A stretch of 47,770 nucleotides of DNA from Alphaproteobacteria bacterium (GCA_017452885.1 JAFTLF010000001.1:1-47770); one strand, 5' to 3'. Counted from the first letter of the stretch, positions 25,083 through 32,474 are shown. Notes: a model not told the origin generated them from the letters alone. Program-made: numbers and translations.

Positions 25083-25116
25083 AAAAAGATGTTGTAGTTA
25101 ATTAAACTATAACATC
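25083..25116 (-). terminator. Hairpin plus U-run immediately upstream of terS (terminator/attenuator; possible packaging-site structure)
   Basis: Minus strand: GATGTTATAGTT-TAATT-AACTACAACATC (12 bp with 1 mismatch), then TTTTT. It ends ~10 nt before the terS ATG. Confidence 0.5.
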
Positions 25117-25135
25117 AATTAGAAATTTATCAAGA

Positions 25136-26305
25136 TTAGAGTTTTTTTGCCTTTTGTCCTGTCAGATTTTCCCACCTTTGCAATATAACATCGCAGTAGT
25201 GAGTGTCTAATTCAATCATGCGGCATTTTCGGCCGAGTTGCTCGCAAGCGATAAGTGTCGTTCCCGAACCGCCGAACCCATCGATAACAATATCGCCAGG
25301 CTTTGAGCTATTTTGAACAGCTTTTGCGACTAACTCAACCGGCGGCATTGTAGGATGTAAGTCGTTTTTGAGCGGTTTGTTATATTCCCAAACATCCGAT
25401 TGGTCACGATCGCCGCACCAGTAGTGTTTACCTTTTGCTTTCCATCCGTAGAGTATTGGCTCAAATTGTCTTTGATAGTCAGACCGGCCGAGAGTGAATG
25501 TGTTTTTTGCCCAAATAATGAAAGTCGACCATTTACCGCTGGCATCGATGAACGCGTTGTAAAGAGTATGGAGCTCCGATGAACTCATGCACACATAAGC
25601 TGCGCCATCTGAATACTCAAGCAAGTTTGTTAAGCTATCGGTTAAAAATTGCTTAAAACCATCGCCGAGGTTGTCGTTCATAATGGTGCGGTCTTTATTT
25701 CGTATTTTGTCTTTGAGATTGCACCCGTAATTGACATTATACGGTGGATCAGTGAAAATCATGTTGGCAATTTCGCCATTCATAAGAGTTTGCACGTTTT
25801 CTTTGAGTGTTGTATCGCCGCAAAGCAAACGATGTTCTCCGAGTTGCCAAATTTCGCCCGGATTACACCTTGTTTTAACTTCTTCCGGGATTTCGTCTTC
25901 AATAATTTCTACTTCTTCGTCTTCCGTATCGTCAAAATCCCACTCCAAACCCCAGTCTTTTAATTCTTTTGTGTCCCATTCCTCTTTGAGAATATCAAAG
26001 TCCCACTCACCGTCAGAAATGTTGTCAGTGATGATAATTTCGTCTTTTTCTTTTTTGGTTAGTGGCCGGTTAGGTATCATAACCGGTATTTCAAGCTCGC
26101 CTGCGCCCATTTGCAAAAGAGCCTTAACGCGCTGATTACCTCCGAGGAGGTTCATTTCCTCGTCAACCTTTACCGGATTGTGAAAGCCTAAACGCTCAAT
26201 TTTACTTTTAAGCTCTTCTAATTTCGCTTTTGATATCTTGCGTGGGTTTTTTGCGTTAGGGATTAAATCTTTAACTTTGATATTTTTAACTTGCCAAATT
26301 TCCAT
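25136..26305 (-). CDS. ParB-like nuclease domain fused to a beta-class N6-adenine/N4-cytosine DNA methyltransferase
   Basis: ParB/Srx pattern (NPRKI..LGGNQRVKALLQMG), motif IV FTDPPYNVNYG before motif I VIDGFGGSGTTLIA. ATG at 26305 lies 7 nt after GGAGGT; the track extends to a TTG at 26338. Confidence 0.85.
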   Translation of the reverse strand: MEIWQVKNIKVKDLIPNAKNPRKISKAKLEELKSKIERLGFHNPVKVDEEMNLLGGNQRVKALLQMGAGELEIPVMIPNRPLTKKEKDEIIITDNISDGEWDFDILKEEWDTKELKDWGLEWDFDDTEDEEVEIIEDEIPEEVKTRCNPGEIWQLGEHRLLCGDTTLKENVQTLMNGEIANMIFTDPPYNVNYGCNLKDKIRNKDRTIMNDNLGDGFKQFLTDSLTNLLEYSDGAAYVCMSSSELHTLYNAFIDASGKWSTFIIWAKNTFTLGRSDYQRQFEPILYGWKAKGKHYWCGDRDQSDVWEYNKPLKNDLHPTMPPVELVAKAVQNSSKPGDIVIDGFGGSGTTLIACEQLGRKCRMIELDTHYCDVILQRWENLTGQKAKKL

Positions 26306-26342
26306 GGTAATAACCTCCGATTGAGGAAATGTTAGCAAAGTA

Positions 26343-26369
26343 AAAAATTTTTATACGCGAGTTATACGC
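26343..26369 (-). promoter_or_regulatory. Second copy of GCGTATAAAAATTTTT plus an extra GCGTATAA 11 nt upstream
   Basis: Minus strand reads TTATGCGTATAACTCGCGTATAAAAATTTTTT, in the gap between RNase H and the methyltransferase gene. Confidence 0.3.
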
Positions 26370-26383
26370 ATAAATTAGGCAGA

Positions 26384-26818
26384 TTATTTCTCATAAAAGG
26401 AAGCTCGGCCGCGCATGGCCAAAAGGTCGGCGATTCTGTTTCCAATGCTGTGCGTTTGGAATTTGTGCTCGTGGGCCTTGATTTTTTCAACATTTACACC
26501 GCGCCTACGGATTTGAGCCGCCCAATACTCGCATTGCATGTGGTTAAAATACTGCTCTCTTGTGCGTGGCTTGTCTTTTATTTCGCGCTTGATGTATGAA
26601 ATAGCAGTTTGACTGTCGGTGTATATTATACCTTTTCCCTCGGACATAATACTGGCCAAATGGATAGCAAAAAGCTCGGCATCGTTAACCGTCCGAGCTT
26701 TGATATATCCTGAATAAATGCGTTCTTTTTGACCTTTTTTAATTAAAATTCCAATGCCGGCGACACCTCTTTTCTCGTCGAAGCTTGCATCAGTGTATAT
26801 TTTTAAATCGTTATCCAT
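26384..26818 (-). CDS. RNase H (type 1, 144 aa)
   Basis: Catalytic pattern YTDAS .. NDAELFA .. IYTDSQ .. NRIADLLA (D-E-D-D). GGAGG RBS. Confidence 0.8.
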   Translation of the reverse strand: MDNDLKIYTDASFDEKRGVAGIGILIKKGQKERIYSGYIKARTVNDAELFAIHLASIMSEGKGIIYTDSQTAISYIKREIKDKPRTREQYFNHMQCEYWAAQIRRRGVNVEKIKAHEHKFQTHSIGNRIADLLAMRGRASFYEK

Positions 26819-26847
26819 TACCGCCTCCGGTTAAATGGTATATCGGC

Positions 26848-26878
26848 AAAAAAGAAAAGGCAAGGATTATTCCCTGCC
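26848..26878 (-). terminator. Rho-independent terminator ending the ArsR cassette
   Basis: Minus strand: GGCAGGGA-ATAA-TCCTTGCC (8 bp including a G.U pair), followed by TTTTCTTTTTT. Confidence 0.7.
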
Positions 26879-26935
26879 CTCTCTTCCGGTTTTTAGAACT
26901 TTACATCACAACGATTTAAATTTAGCACCGGAGTT

Positions 26936-27151
26936 TTACTTGTCAACCGGCTTTTTGTTAAACTCTATGCTTTCGTAACATTGGCCATACTGTTCAAGGA
27001 CGAGTTTTACAGCTTGCATTTTGCGGTAGTGGTCTTCGGCCGTTTCTCTTTTCATGCGTTTATTTTCAATTAACCTTTTATAAACGGTGGCGCGTTGGCT
27101 CAATTCGTATTCGACCTCGGCAATTAAGTCCTTGACTGCATATTTTGACAT
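26936..27151 (-). CDS. Hypothetical helical protein (71 aa), second gene of the ArsR cassette
   Basis: ATG directly abuts the ArsR stop. Charged helical sequence. Confidence 0.55.
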   Translation of the reverse strand: MSKYAVKDLIAEVEYELSQRATVYKRLIENKRMKRETAEDHYRKMQAVKLVLEQYGQCYESIEFNKKPVDK

Positions 27152-27475
27152 TTATTTATCCTGTGCGTAAGTTTGGGTTTGTTTATCCCAAAAGTAAGAA
27201 CCTTTTTGAGATGCCAAAGCAAGCAAAGAGATGATGAAGTTGTCAACTTCCATTTCGCAATCTTCGTTTATCCTGTAAAATATCGTTTGCTTTTCTCTCC
27301 TGGTCTTGACGAGTTCGACCTCGCGCAAAATAGCCAAGTGCTGACTTAATGCAGACTGGCTAAGTCCGATTTGTTCTTCCAACTCGGTAACGCTCAACTC
27401 TTGGCCGCCATGAAGCAAGTCGATTATACATGCTCTTGCCGGGTTGCCGACAGCTTTTATAGTTTTGTTTATCAT
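27152..27475 (-). CDS. ArsR/SmtB-family winged-helix transcriptional regulator (107 aa)
   Basis: NPARACIIDLLHGGQELSVTELEEQIGLSQSALSQHLAILREVELVKTRREKQTIFYRI is a textbook ArsR HTH-wing pattern. Confidence 0.8.
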   Translation of the reverse strand: MINKTIKAVGNPARACIIDLLHGGQELSVTELEEQIGLSQSALSQHLAILREVELVKTRREKQTIFYRINEDCEMEVDNFIISLLALASQKGSYFWDKQTQTYAQDK

Positions 27476-27503
27476 TTTTTAACCTTTCATTAAAAACAAA
27501 AGC

Positions 27504-27532
27504 ATTATATTATAAAATAATTATAAAGGCAA
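27504..27532 (-). promoter_or_regulatory. Sigma-70-type promoter TTGCCT-N17-TATAAT in front of the ArsR gene
   Basis: Spacer counted as 17 nt. It contains two TTATAA palindromic hexamers 5 nt apart, a possible operator. Confidence 0.55.
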
Positions 27533-27539
27533 TCCTTAA

Positions 27540-27692
27540 TTATTTCTTTACCTTTCCACAATGCTTACAAACTAAACAGTAATCACAATCGCTACATTTT
27601 ATCCCTGTGCAATCGTAACCATTAGGAGCATGGCATATCCCTACTTTGGTATACTCGTGCCAACCTAACCAACATTTAATCTTCTGCCACAT
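27540..27692 (-). CDS. Small Cys-rich protein (50 aa, 8 Cys; below the ORF-track cutoff)
   Basis: Own translation: MWQKIKCWLGWHEYTKVGICHAPNGYDCTGIKCSDCDYCLVCKHCGKVKK. AAGGAG lies 7 nt upstream. 17-nt overlap with the upstream gene. Confidence 0.6.
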   Translation of the reverse strand: MWQKIKCWLGWHEYTKVGICHAPNGYDCTGIKCSDCDYCLVCKHCGKVKK

Positions 27693-27909
27693 CAAACAAC
27701 TCCTTTATGCTTACTTTGGATTTACCGAGATATTTTCCGTCAGCTTCAATGAAACTAACAGTATAAATACTATACCCTTTAAGTCCCTCAGATGTTTCGC
27801 TAATATGGTAAACATATTCTTTGTTATATTTTTCACCGACTTGTTCTAAGCGTATTTTACGTCCGTTAATTTCCCACACATCTCCGACTTCTGGCTTTTC
27901 TTTACTCAT
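27676..27909 (-). CDS. Hypothetical protein (77 aa)
   Basis: GAGGAG RBS. No motif recognised. Confidence 0.55.
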   Translation of the reverse strand: MSKEKPEVGDVWEINGRKIRLEQVGEKYNKEYVYHISETSEGLKGYSIYTVSFIEADGKYLGKSKVSIKELFDVAED

Positions 27910-27983
27910 CTGATTGCTCCTCTATTTCAAATGTCCTGTTAAGTACAAACCAAACAACATAAATAAACCACCAAATAAAAAAC

Positions 27984-28355
27984 TCACTTCTTTTCTCCTA
28001 TTGCGTTGTCTATTTTGGTTAATAAATCTAAAAGCTTATATCCATTAATGCCGTCAATGTTCATCTTGATTAACAGGTCGATAGGAGTTTTACACTCTCT
28101 AAGCAACTCTTTGAGCTGTTGGTTTTCTTGTGTTAAGCTCTCAACAATCTCGTGAGCGTCATTTCTTGCTTTGTGGAGATATACCCAATCATCATAACTT
28201 GGAACAGGTGCTATGACTTCTTCAACATTTTCATTCCAACTATTTTCCCAATAGTAGCCTTGCCACTGGTCTGTTTTGTAAGCTCCACGATATTTTATAT
28301 AATACCACCCATGATCAAGCTTGCCCTTTTTCCATTGTTCTGTTAAATTAGTCAT
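27984..28355 (-). CDS. Hypothetical Trp-rich protein (123 aa from ATG 28355)
   Basis: The ATG at 28355 overlaps the upstream stop (ATGACTAA), which is preferred over the tracked start at 28430 that would overlap 83 nt. Confidence 0.55.
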   Translation of the reverse strand: MTNLTEQWKKGKLDHGWYYIKYRGAYKTDQWQGYYWENSWNENVEEVIAPVPSYDDWVYLHKARNDAHEIVESLTQENQQLKELLRECKTPIDLLIKMNIDGINGYKLLDLLTKIDNAIGEKK

Positions 28356-28602
28356 CGCCGGCATTCCCATATTGACCGGCTGCCCAGTTAAGAGCTTTTT
28401 GCTCATAGTGCAGGCCTTTTTGGTAAGCATAAAGCAACGGGCCGCGGTCGTTGTCTATCGTGAACACATCTTTTCCGTTTACGACCTTGTGTAAAACATA
28501 AAAAACGCCAATGTCCGGATCGTATCCTTTGAGCGCAACAACATCGCTTTTGTGCGCAGCTTCAATAACTTTTTTTGTCATTTGTGTTTGTTTTTTTACC
28601 AT
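28348..28602 (-). CDS. Hypothetical protein (84 aa)
   Basis: TAAGGAGGT RBS. No motif recognised. Confidence 0.55.
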   Translation of the reverse strand: MVKKQTQMTKKVIEAAHKSDVVALKGYDPDIGVFYVLHKVVNGKDVFTIDNDRGPLLYAYQKGLHYEQKALNWAAGQYGNAGDD

Positions 28603-28635
28603 TTTTACCTCCTTATTCGGTTAGATTACGGTTAA

Positions 28636-29355
28636 TCAAAGTTTATCTGTTCCTAGTAACTCGTTGTATTTGCCTTGTTTTTTGGCAAAATTAACAATTT
28701 GTTTACAAATAAAATTTTTATCCACTCTACAACCTAATTTATTTTTAATAATCCAATCTTCAACAGATTTAGCAAGAAAAGAGCTTGCGAGACGGTACGG
28801 AAAGAAAAGTTCGTCCTCAAAATTGATTTTGAAATTCTCTCCGATTAGTATTTGTTTTCCAAAATCAACTGAACACTGAACAACTTCACTTTCATTTAAT
28901 TTTTTTGAAACTGAATTTTTAATATCAGTTATATTATTTAAATTATTATTATTTAAGTTATCAGTATTTAAATCTTTATCCTTTTCTTTATCTTTATCTT
29001 TATCCTTTTCCTTTTCTTTATCTTTATCTTTATCTTTATCTGTCGCTTTTGTTAACATTTGTTGCTTTTGTTGACATTTGTCAGCATTTGTTAACATTTC
29101 TTTAAGCTTGCGTTCAGCACTCTTACGGCCGGCCTCTGCACGCTTTTCGCAGATTTTAGTATATTTTTTCTCGTCCAAATCAAACTGGTTTTTGAAAAAC
29201 TTAAAAGCCATGCGGCATTCAATAGGTAAGTCAATAACCTTTTTATTTATTTGATATTCGAATATGGCGGAAAGCAATAAACCTTTATGGTCAAGCGAAA
29301 GCTCTTTAATAGGCTCGTAAAAAGATTTATAAATTATAAATCCCTCTTTATCCAT
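28636..29355 (-). CDS. Putative replication organiser/initiator-like protein with low-complexity KD/KE linker (239 aa)
   Basis: Two folded-looking halves are joined by (KD/KE)n and an N-rich linker. The N-terminal half is reminiscent of phage replication-associated N-terminal domains (unverified). The gene sits in the replication module. Confidence 0.4.
   Translation of the reverse strand: MDKEGFIIYKSFYEPIKELSLDHKGLLLSAIFEYQINKKVIDLPIECRMAFKFFKNQFDLDEKKYTKICEKRAEAGRKSAERKLKEMLTNADKCQQKQQMLTKATDKDKDKDKEKEKDKDKDKEKDKDLNTDNLNNNNLNNITDIKNSVSKKLNESEVVQCSVDFGKQILIGENFKINFEDELFFPYRLASSFLAKSVEDWIIKNKLGCRVDKNFICKQIVNFAKKQGKYNELLGTDKL
28972..29040. repeat. Imperfect hexanucleotide tandem repeat (TCTTTA/TCCTTT) encoding DKDKDKDKEKEKDKDKDKEKDKD
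   Basis: Read directly: 69 nt of 6-nt periodic repeat inside 28636..29355. Confidence 0.85.
29042..29099. repeat. Six tandem ~10-nt iteron-like units (GTYRRCATTT / GTYGCTTTT)
   Basis: gtcgctttt gttaacattt gttgctttt gttgacattt gtcagcattt gttaacattt, with helical-turn periodicity. Adjacent to the hexamer repeat and a very AT-rich tract (28891-28975). Confidence 0.6.
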
Positions 29356-29365
29356 GGCATCCCCC

Positions 29366-29530
29366 TTAACCTATTTTAATGGCGGTTTGACCTTTTAACG
29401 GGATTCCTGCATCCTTAACAGCTTTGAGCAATGTTGGTGCAGAAACTTTGAGGATTTCGCAAGCATCAGCCACGGAATTTTCGTAGTATATCTTTTGCAG
29501 CTCCTCTTTTGTTATTGTTATTTTAATCAT
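29366..29530 (-). CDS. Small HTH DNA-binding protein (54 aa from ATG 29530)
   Basis: NSVADACEILKVSAPTLLKAVKDAGIP is a helix-turn-helix pattern. The internal ATG at 29530 is preferred over the tracked 29590 start, whose extension is hydrophobic junk overlapping a promoter-like site. Confidence 0.5.
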   Translation of the reverse strand: MIKITITKEELQKIYYENSVADACEILKVSAPTLLKAVKDAGIPLKGQTAIKIG

Positions 29531-29562
29531 TTTAATACCTTTCATAAATTTTAACATCTTTA

Positions 29563-29590
29563 AATATAATTTAATAAGATTTAAAAGCAA
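29563..29590 (-). promoter_or_regulatory. Possible promoter TTGCTT-N16-TATATT
   Basis: Counted by eye in a 71-nt AT-rich gap. AT-richness makes false positives likely. Confidence 0.3.
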
Positions 29591-29601
29591 GTTAAAAAAA
29601 T

Positions 29602-29967
29602 TTATTTATCCCATAAGTATGTGTGTAACTTTGTGTATACTTCTTCAACAGAGCGCGCGGTTATGTAAACGCCACCGCTTTTTATGATCATCTTTTCAAA
29701 GTTCTTTTGCGATTCTCGCTGCGCTCCTTTGAGCTTTTTAACCTCAATTTCCAACCGGCGACCGGACGGTATAAGAAGACCGGTAATATCGGCCTGTCCG
29801 GGAACACCAAAGCGGATAAAACGGTCATCAATCTTGAGAGCACCGGTATTCTGCCGCCAAATGCGCATATCTTGTCTCGCTCCAAATTCCAGTAGTATTT
29901 CTTTTTGGATTGTGCTTTCTTGTTTCGTATCTGAGAGCTTTGATGATGAGTTTTTTAAGTTTGTCAT
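29602..29967 (-). CDS. VRR-NUC domain nuclease (121 aa)
   Basis: ESTIQKEILLEF..RIWRQNTG..GVPGQADITGLL..RLEIEVKK..QRESQKNF..GGVYITARS follows the VRR-NUC (PD-(D/E)XK) pattern. Confidence 0.8.
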   Translation of the reverse strand: MTNLKNSSSKLSDTKQESTIQKEILLEFGARQDMRIWRQNTGALKIDDRFIRFGVPGQADITGLLIPSGRRLEIEVKKLKGAQRESQKNFEKMIIKSGGVYITARSVEEVYTKLHTYLWDK

Positions 29968-30055
29968 GACGTTCCTTGTTAATAACTGTTTTAGCTCGCG
30001 GCACAGAAAAGAATAATTGAAGCTCGGCGAGCATTTTGTAATCCTTTTTATTCAT
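29828..30055 (-). CDS. Questionable small ORF (75 aa) overlapping the VRR-NUC 5' region by 140 nt out of frame
   Basis: Has a GAGGATGG RBS and fills the 143-nt gap after the terminator, but its C-terminal half is overprinted on a confidently called gene. Confidence 0.3.
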   Translation of the reverse strand: MNKKDYKMLAELQLFFSVPRAKTVINKERHDKLKKLIIKALRYETRKHNPKRNTTGIWSETRYAHLAAEYRCSQD

Positions 30056-30070
30056 GTGTCCATCCTCTGC

Positions 30071-30102
30071 AAAAAAGGCCCTACCGCCGGAGCAGCAGGG
30101 CC
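30071..30102 (-). terminator. Strand-specific rho-independent terminator after the 220-aa gene
   Basis: Minus-strand RNA: GGCCCUGCUGC-UCCG-GCGGUAGGGCC (11 bp with G.U pairs), followed by UUUUUU. The plus-strand version has mismatches. Confidence 0.7.
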
Positions 30103-30110
30103 GAGTTTAA

Positions 30111-30773
30111 TTAATCTTCGTATCCGTCGTCTTCTTCGGAAGTTTCTTCCTCGTAGTTTTCCGGATTGCTTAAGTCAACAAAGGTTGTTTTTTCTTTGGT
30201 AACTGTCACTTGTTTTTTGCTTTTTTTCTCGAGATATTCAACTTGCACGCTGTTCTCGATTGCTTCAACGCAGTTTGTAGCTACAAAGAAACCTCTTGTC
30301 GGCACGCAGATGTCGCCGGCCAAATAACGAAATTCAAGTTTGTTGTATTTTTCGTTTGTTGAGTTGGCAGAAACGGCTGTTCCGTTGATAATTGCACCGC
30401 GGTTAATCTCTTTGGCCACAGATGAGAAGCTCTCATCGATGATTTTGCGGCAATTGGTAACGATAGCCTGAGCGATTTTCTTTGTGCGCTCGTCTTCGTT
30501 GAGTTTTTCGCGGTAACGCGAAACGCAACCCATAACCAACTTAGGCATTGCAGCTTCAAGCACATCTTTTTGACGTTGAGTTAATTCCAACTGGTCAGTC
30601 ATAAATGTTTTTTCTTTTAATTCTGCAGAGATTGCAGCGGCGATGTCGTGGCTAATCTCGGAATAATTATCATAGTTAATGACTGTGTCAAAAATCTCTT
30701 GAGTTGCATCCTCGGCAACTTTAGATTTAACATTTTTAACCATTTCTTCATCATTTTGAACGGCTTTTGCCAT
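30111..30773 (-). CDS. Hypothetical protein with strongly acidic C-terminal tail (220 aa; possible SSB-like accessory protein)
   Basis: Ends ...NPENYEEETSEEDDGYED. Its ATG abuts the helicase stop. No fold recognised. Confidence 0.55.
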   Translation of the reverse strand: MAKAVQNDEEMVKNVKSKVAEDATQEIFDTVINYDNYSEISHDIAAAISAELKEKTFMTDQLELTQRQKDVLEAAMPKLVMGCVSRYREKLNEDERTKKIAQAIVTNCRKIIDESFSSVAKEINRGAIINGTAVSANSTNEKYNKLEFRYLAGDICVPTRGFFVATNCVEAIENSVQVEYLEKKSKKQVTVTKEKTTFVDLSNPENYEEETSEEDDGYED

Positions 30774-32207
30774 TTATTTTCTCCTTTTTCTAGCATTAAA
30801 AATATGGGATGCCCAGGCATACGGATTTTTGTATCCTCTGCGCTTCCCGAGTTCGATTAAATCGGTGAAAGCATTTGATTTTTTGCGCTCCTCACGCTCA
30901 ATAATCCTCTGTCTTTCCACCAGTTCGGCTTCAATGTATTCGACTTCCTGTTTTGACTTTATGCACTCCTCACAACCGCAGACCGGGCAAGCCTTGAGGC
31001 TTGATTTATAGACTGCGTAGCAATTCGGGCAAGTTCTGACAAAAAGATCGTCTTTGACATTGGTTCTTTTTTTAGAACGTCCGAGCAATGACCACTCGCG
31101 GTCATCATCCGGAAAGCCATGTATCTCGACATTCCCGACGTGGTCAAGAATGACGGAATATTCCTTGCCAGGATACGGCCTTAAAACGCGGCCGGCTTGT
31201 TGTAGATATTTGGCAAGTGACTTTGTTTTTCTCAAGAAAATAGCACAACCAACAACCGGTATGTCTGTTCCCTCGGAAATAATCTCGCAAGATGTAAGGC
31301 CTTGATATTTTCCGTTGCCAAGGCCCTCGATAGCATCGCGGCGGTCGCAATCGTCCATCGTTCCGTCAATGCATTTGAAATTGTAACCGGCCCGGCGAAA
31401 TTCTTCTGCAGTATGCTGCGCGTGTTCCACTGTGGCGCAAAAAGCGATCGCCGGCATACCATCGGCCAATTTAGCATAATGTTTAACCGCATTGCCGATA
31501 ATTTTTGGTTTATCCAGGCGCAAAGCCATTTCTTTGACATCATAGTCACCGGCGACAGATTTTAACCCGGTGTCGTCAAATCCAACTGGCGGAGCATAAA
31601 CGCGCGGAGCTGATAAATATCCGTCCCGGATTAATTCCTTAACAGACGGCCCAAGCACCATTGTTTCGTAAACACCGCCGGCTTCAACTCCGAGGCCTTT
31701 ACCGTCTAATCTTTCCGGTGTTGCGGTTAATCCAAGCAGGCGAGCTTGCGGATTGGCATCGGTAATTTGTCGCCACTGTCCGGCAACGGCATGGTGGCAT
31801 TCGTCAGTTATAATAAAATCATAAAAACCTTTGAATTGGTCGATTTTGCGGCCGATAGTTTGAACAGATCCAACGGTGCAAAGAGCTGAACTGTCGTAAA
31901 AGTGTCGGCCAAGCTCCCGGTATTGCAAATTTGCTGCGTTTTTAACAACGTTGCCCGGAGCTACTATGTTGTGATTAAGGCCAAATCTTGAAAGTGCGAC
32001 AGATGTTTGGCAAATAAGCTCTTGCCGGTGGACGAGTATTAAAACGCGGTTGCTTATGCGGACAGCACCGTCAGAAATGCAAGAAAAAATAACCGTTTTA
32101 CCCATACCGGTCGGACCTTGGCCAAGCACAGCACGAGAACCGGCGCAAAATTGAGAGTGCACCTCTTGAATAAATTTCTTTTGATATGGTCTAAGCGTAT
32201 ATTTCAT
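30774..32207 (-). CDS. Superfamily-2 DEAH-box helicase with C-terminal zinc ribbon (477 aa)
   Basis: Walker A GQGPTGMGKT, motif II ITDECHH, motif III GLTATPERLDG, motif VI QQAGRVLR. C-terminal CPNC..CPVCGC. Confidence 0.85.
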   Translation of the reverse strand: MKYTLRPYQKKFIQEVHSQFCAGSRAVLGQGPTGMGKTVIFSCISDGAVRISNRVLILVHRQELICQTSVALSRFGLNHNIVAPGNVVKNAANLQYRELGRHFYDSSALCTVGSVQTIGRKIDQFKGFYDFIITDECHHAVAGQWRQITDANPQARLLGLTATPERLDGKGLGVEAGGVYETMVLGPSVKELIRDGYLSAPRVYAPPVGFDDTGLKSVAGDYDVKEMALRLDKPKIIGNAVKHYAKLADGMPAIAFCATVEHAQHTAEEFRRAGYNFKCIDGTMDDCDRRDAIEGLGNGKYQGLTSCEIISEGTDIPVVGCAIFLRKTKSLAKYLQQAGRVLRPYPGKEYSVILDHVGNVEIHGFPDDDREWSLLGRSKKRTNVKDDLFVRTCPNCYAVYKSSLKACPVCGCEECIKSKQEVEYIEAELVERQRIIEREERKKSNAFTDLIELGKRRGYKNPYAWASHIFNARKRRK

Positions 32208-32442
32208 GAACCAACACCGTTAATGACTTGTCAAAATAATTCTCAATTATCAAAGAAAATCCGTCCGGTCTGTGATTTAAGATCGGAAAGCCGCCAAACT
32301 CACTCAAGCAATATGCTTTTAAGTCGTTTTTTGTTTTAATTTCTTTTTGGAATTGTTGAACATCTTTGAAACCCAGAGCATTAACAATTTTTAGGTTCTG
32401 TGCCTCTATTTTTTGTAAAACTAAATCGGTTATAATATCCAT
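32191..32442 (-). CDS. Hypothetical protein, first gene of the leftward arm (83 aa from ATG 32442)
   Basis: The ATG lies 7 nt after GTGAGGTG. The tracked start at 32457 is a GTG inside that RBS. Confidence 0.55.
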   Translation of the reverse strand: MDIITDLVLQKIEAQNLKIVNALGFKDVQQFQKEIKTKNDLKAYCLSEFGGFPILNHRPDGFSLIIENYFDKSLTVLVHEIYA

Positions 32443-32474
32443 TGTCTTGCACCTCACTAATAATGAATAAGCAA

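Noticed and set aside
28972-29099. Short tandem repeats that might suggest a CRISPR array
   Set aside because: The units are 6 and ~10 nt with no spacers, and they lie inside a coding region (KD/KE linker). There are no cas genes and no 25-40-nt repeat/spacer periodicity anywhere in the window.
29684-30016. Plus-strand 110-aa ORF and other small ORFs antisense to the VRR-NUC gene
   Set aside because: They lie opposite a confidently assigned nuclease domain and have no RBS. Only the co-directional 75-aa ORF (29828..30055) is retained, at low confidence, because it has an RBS.
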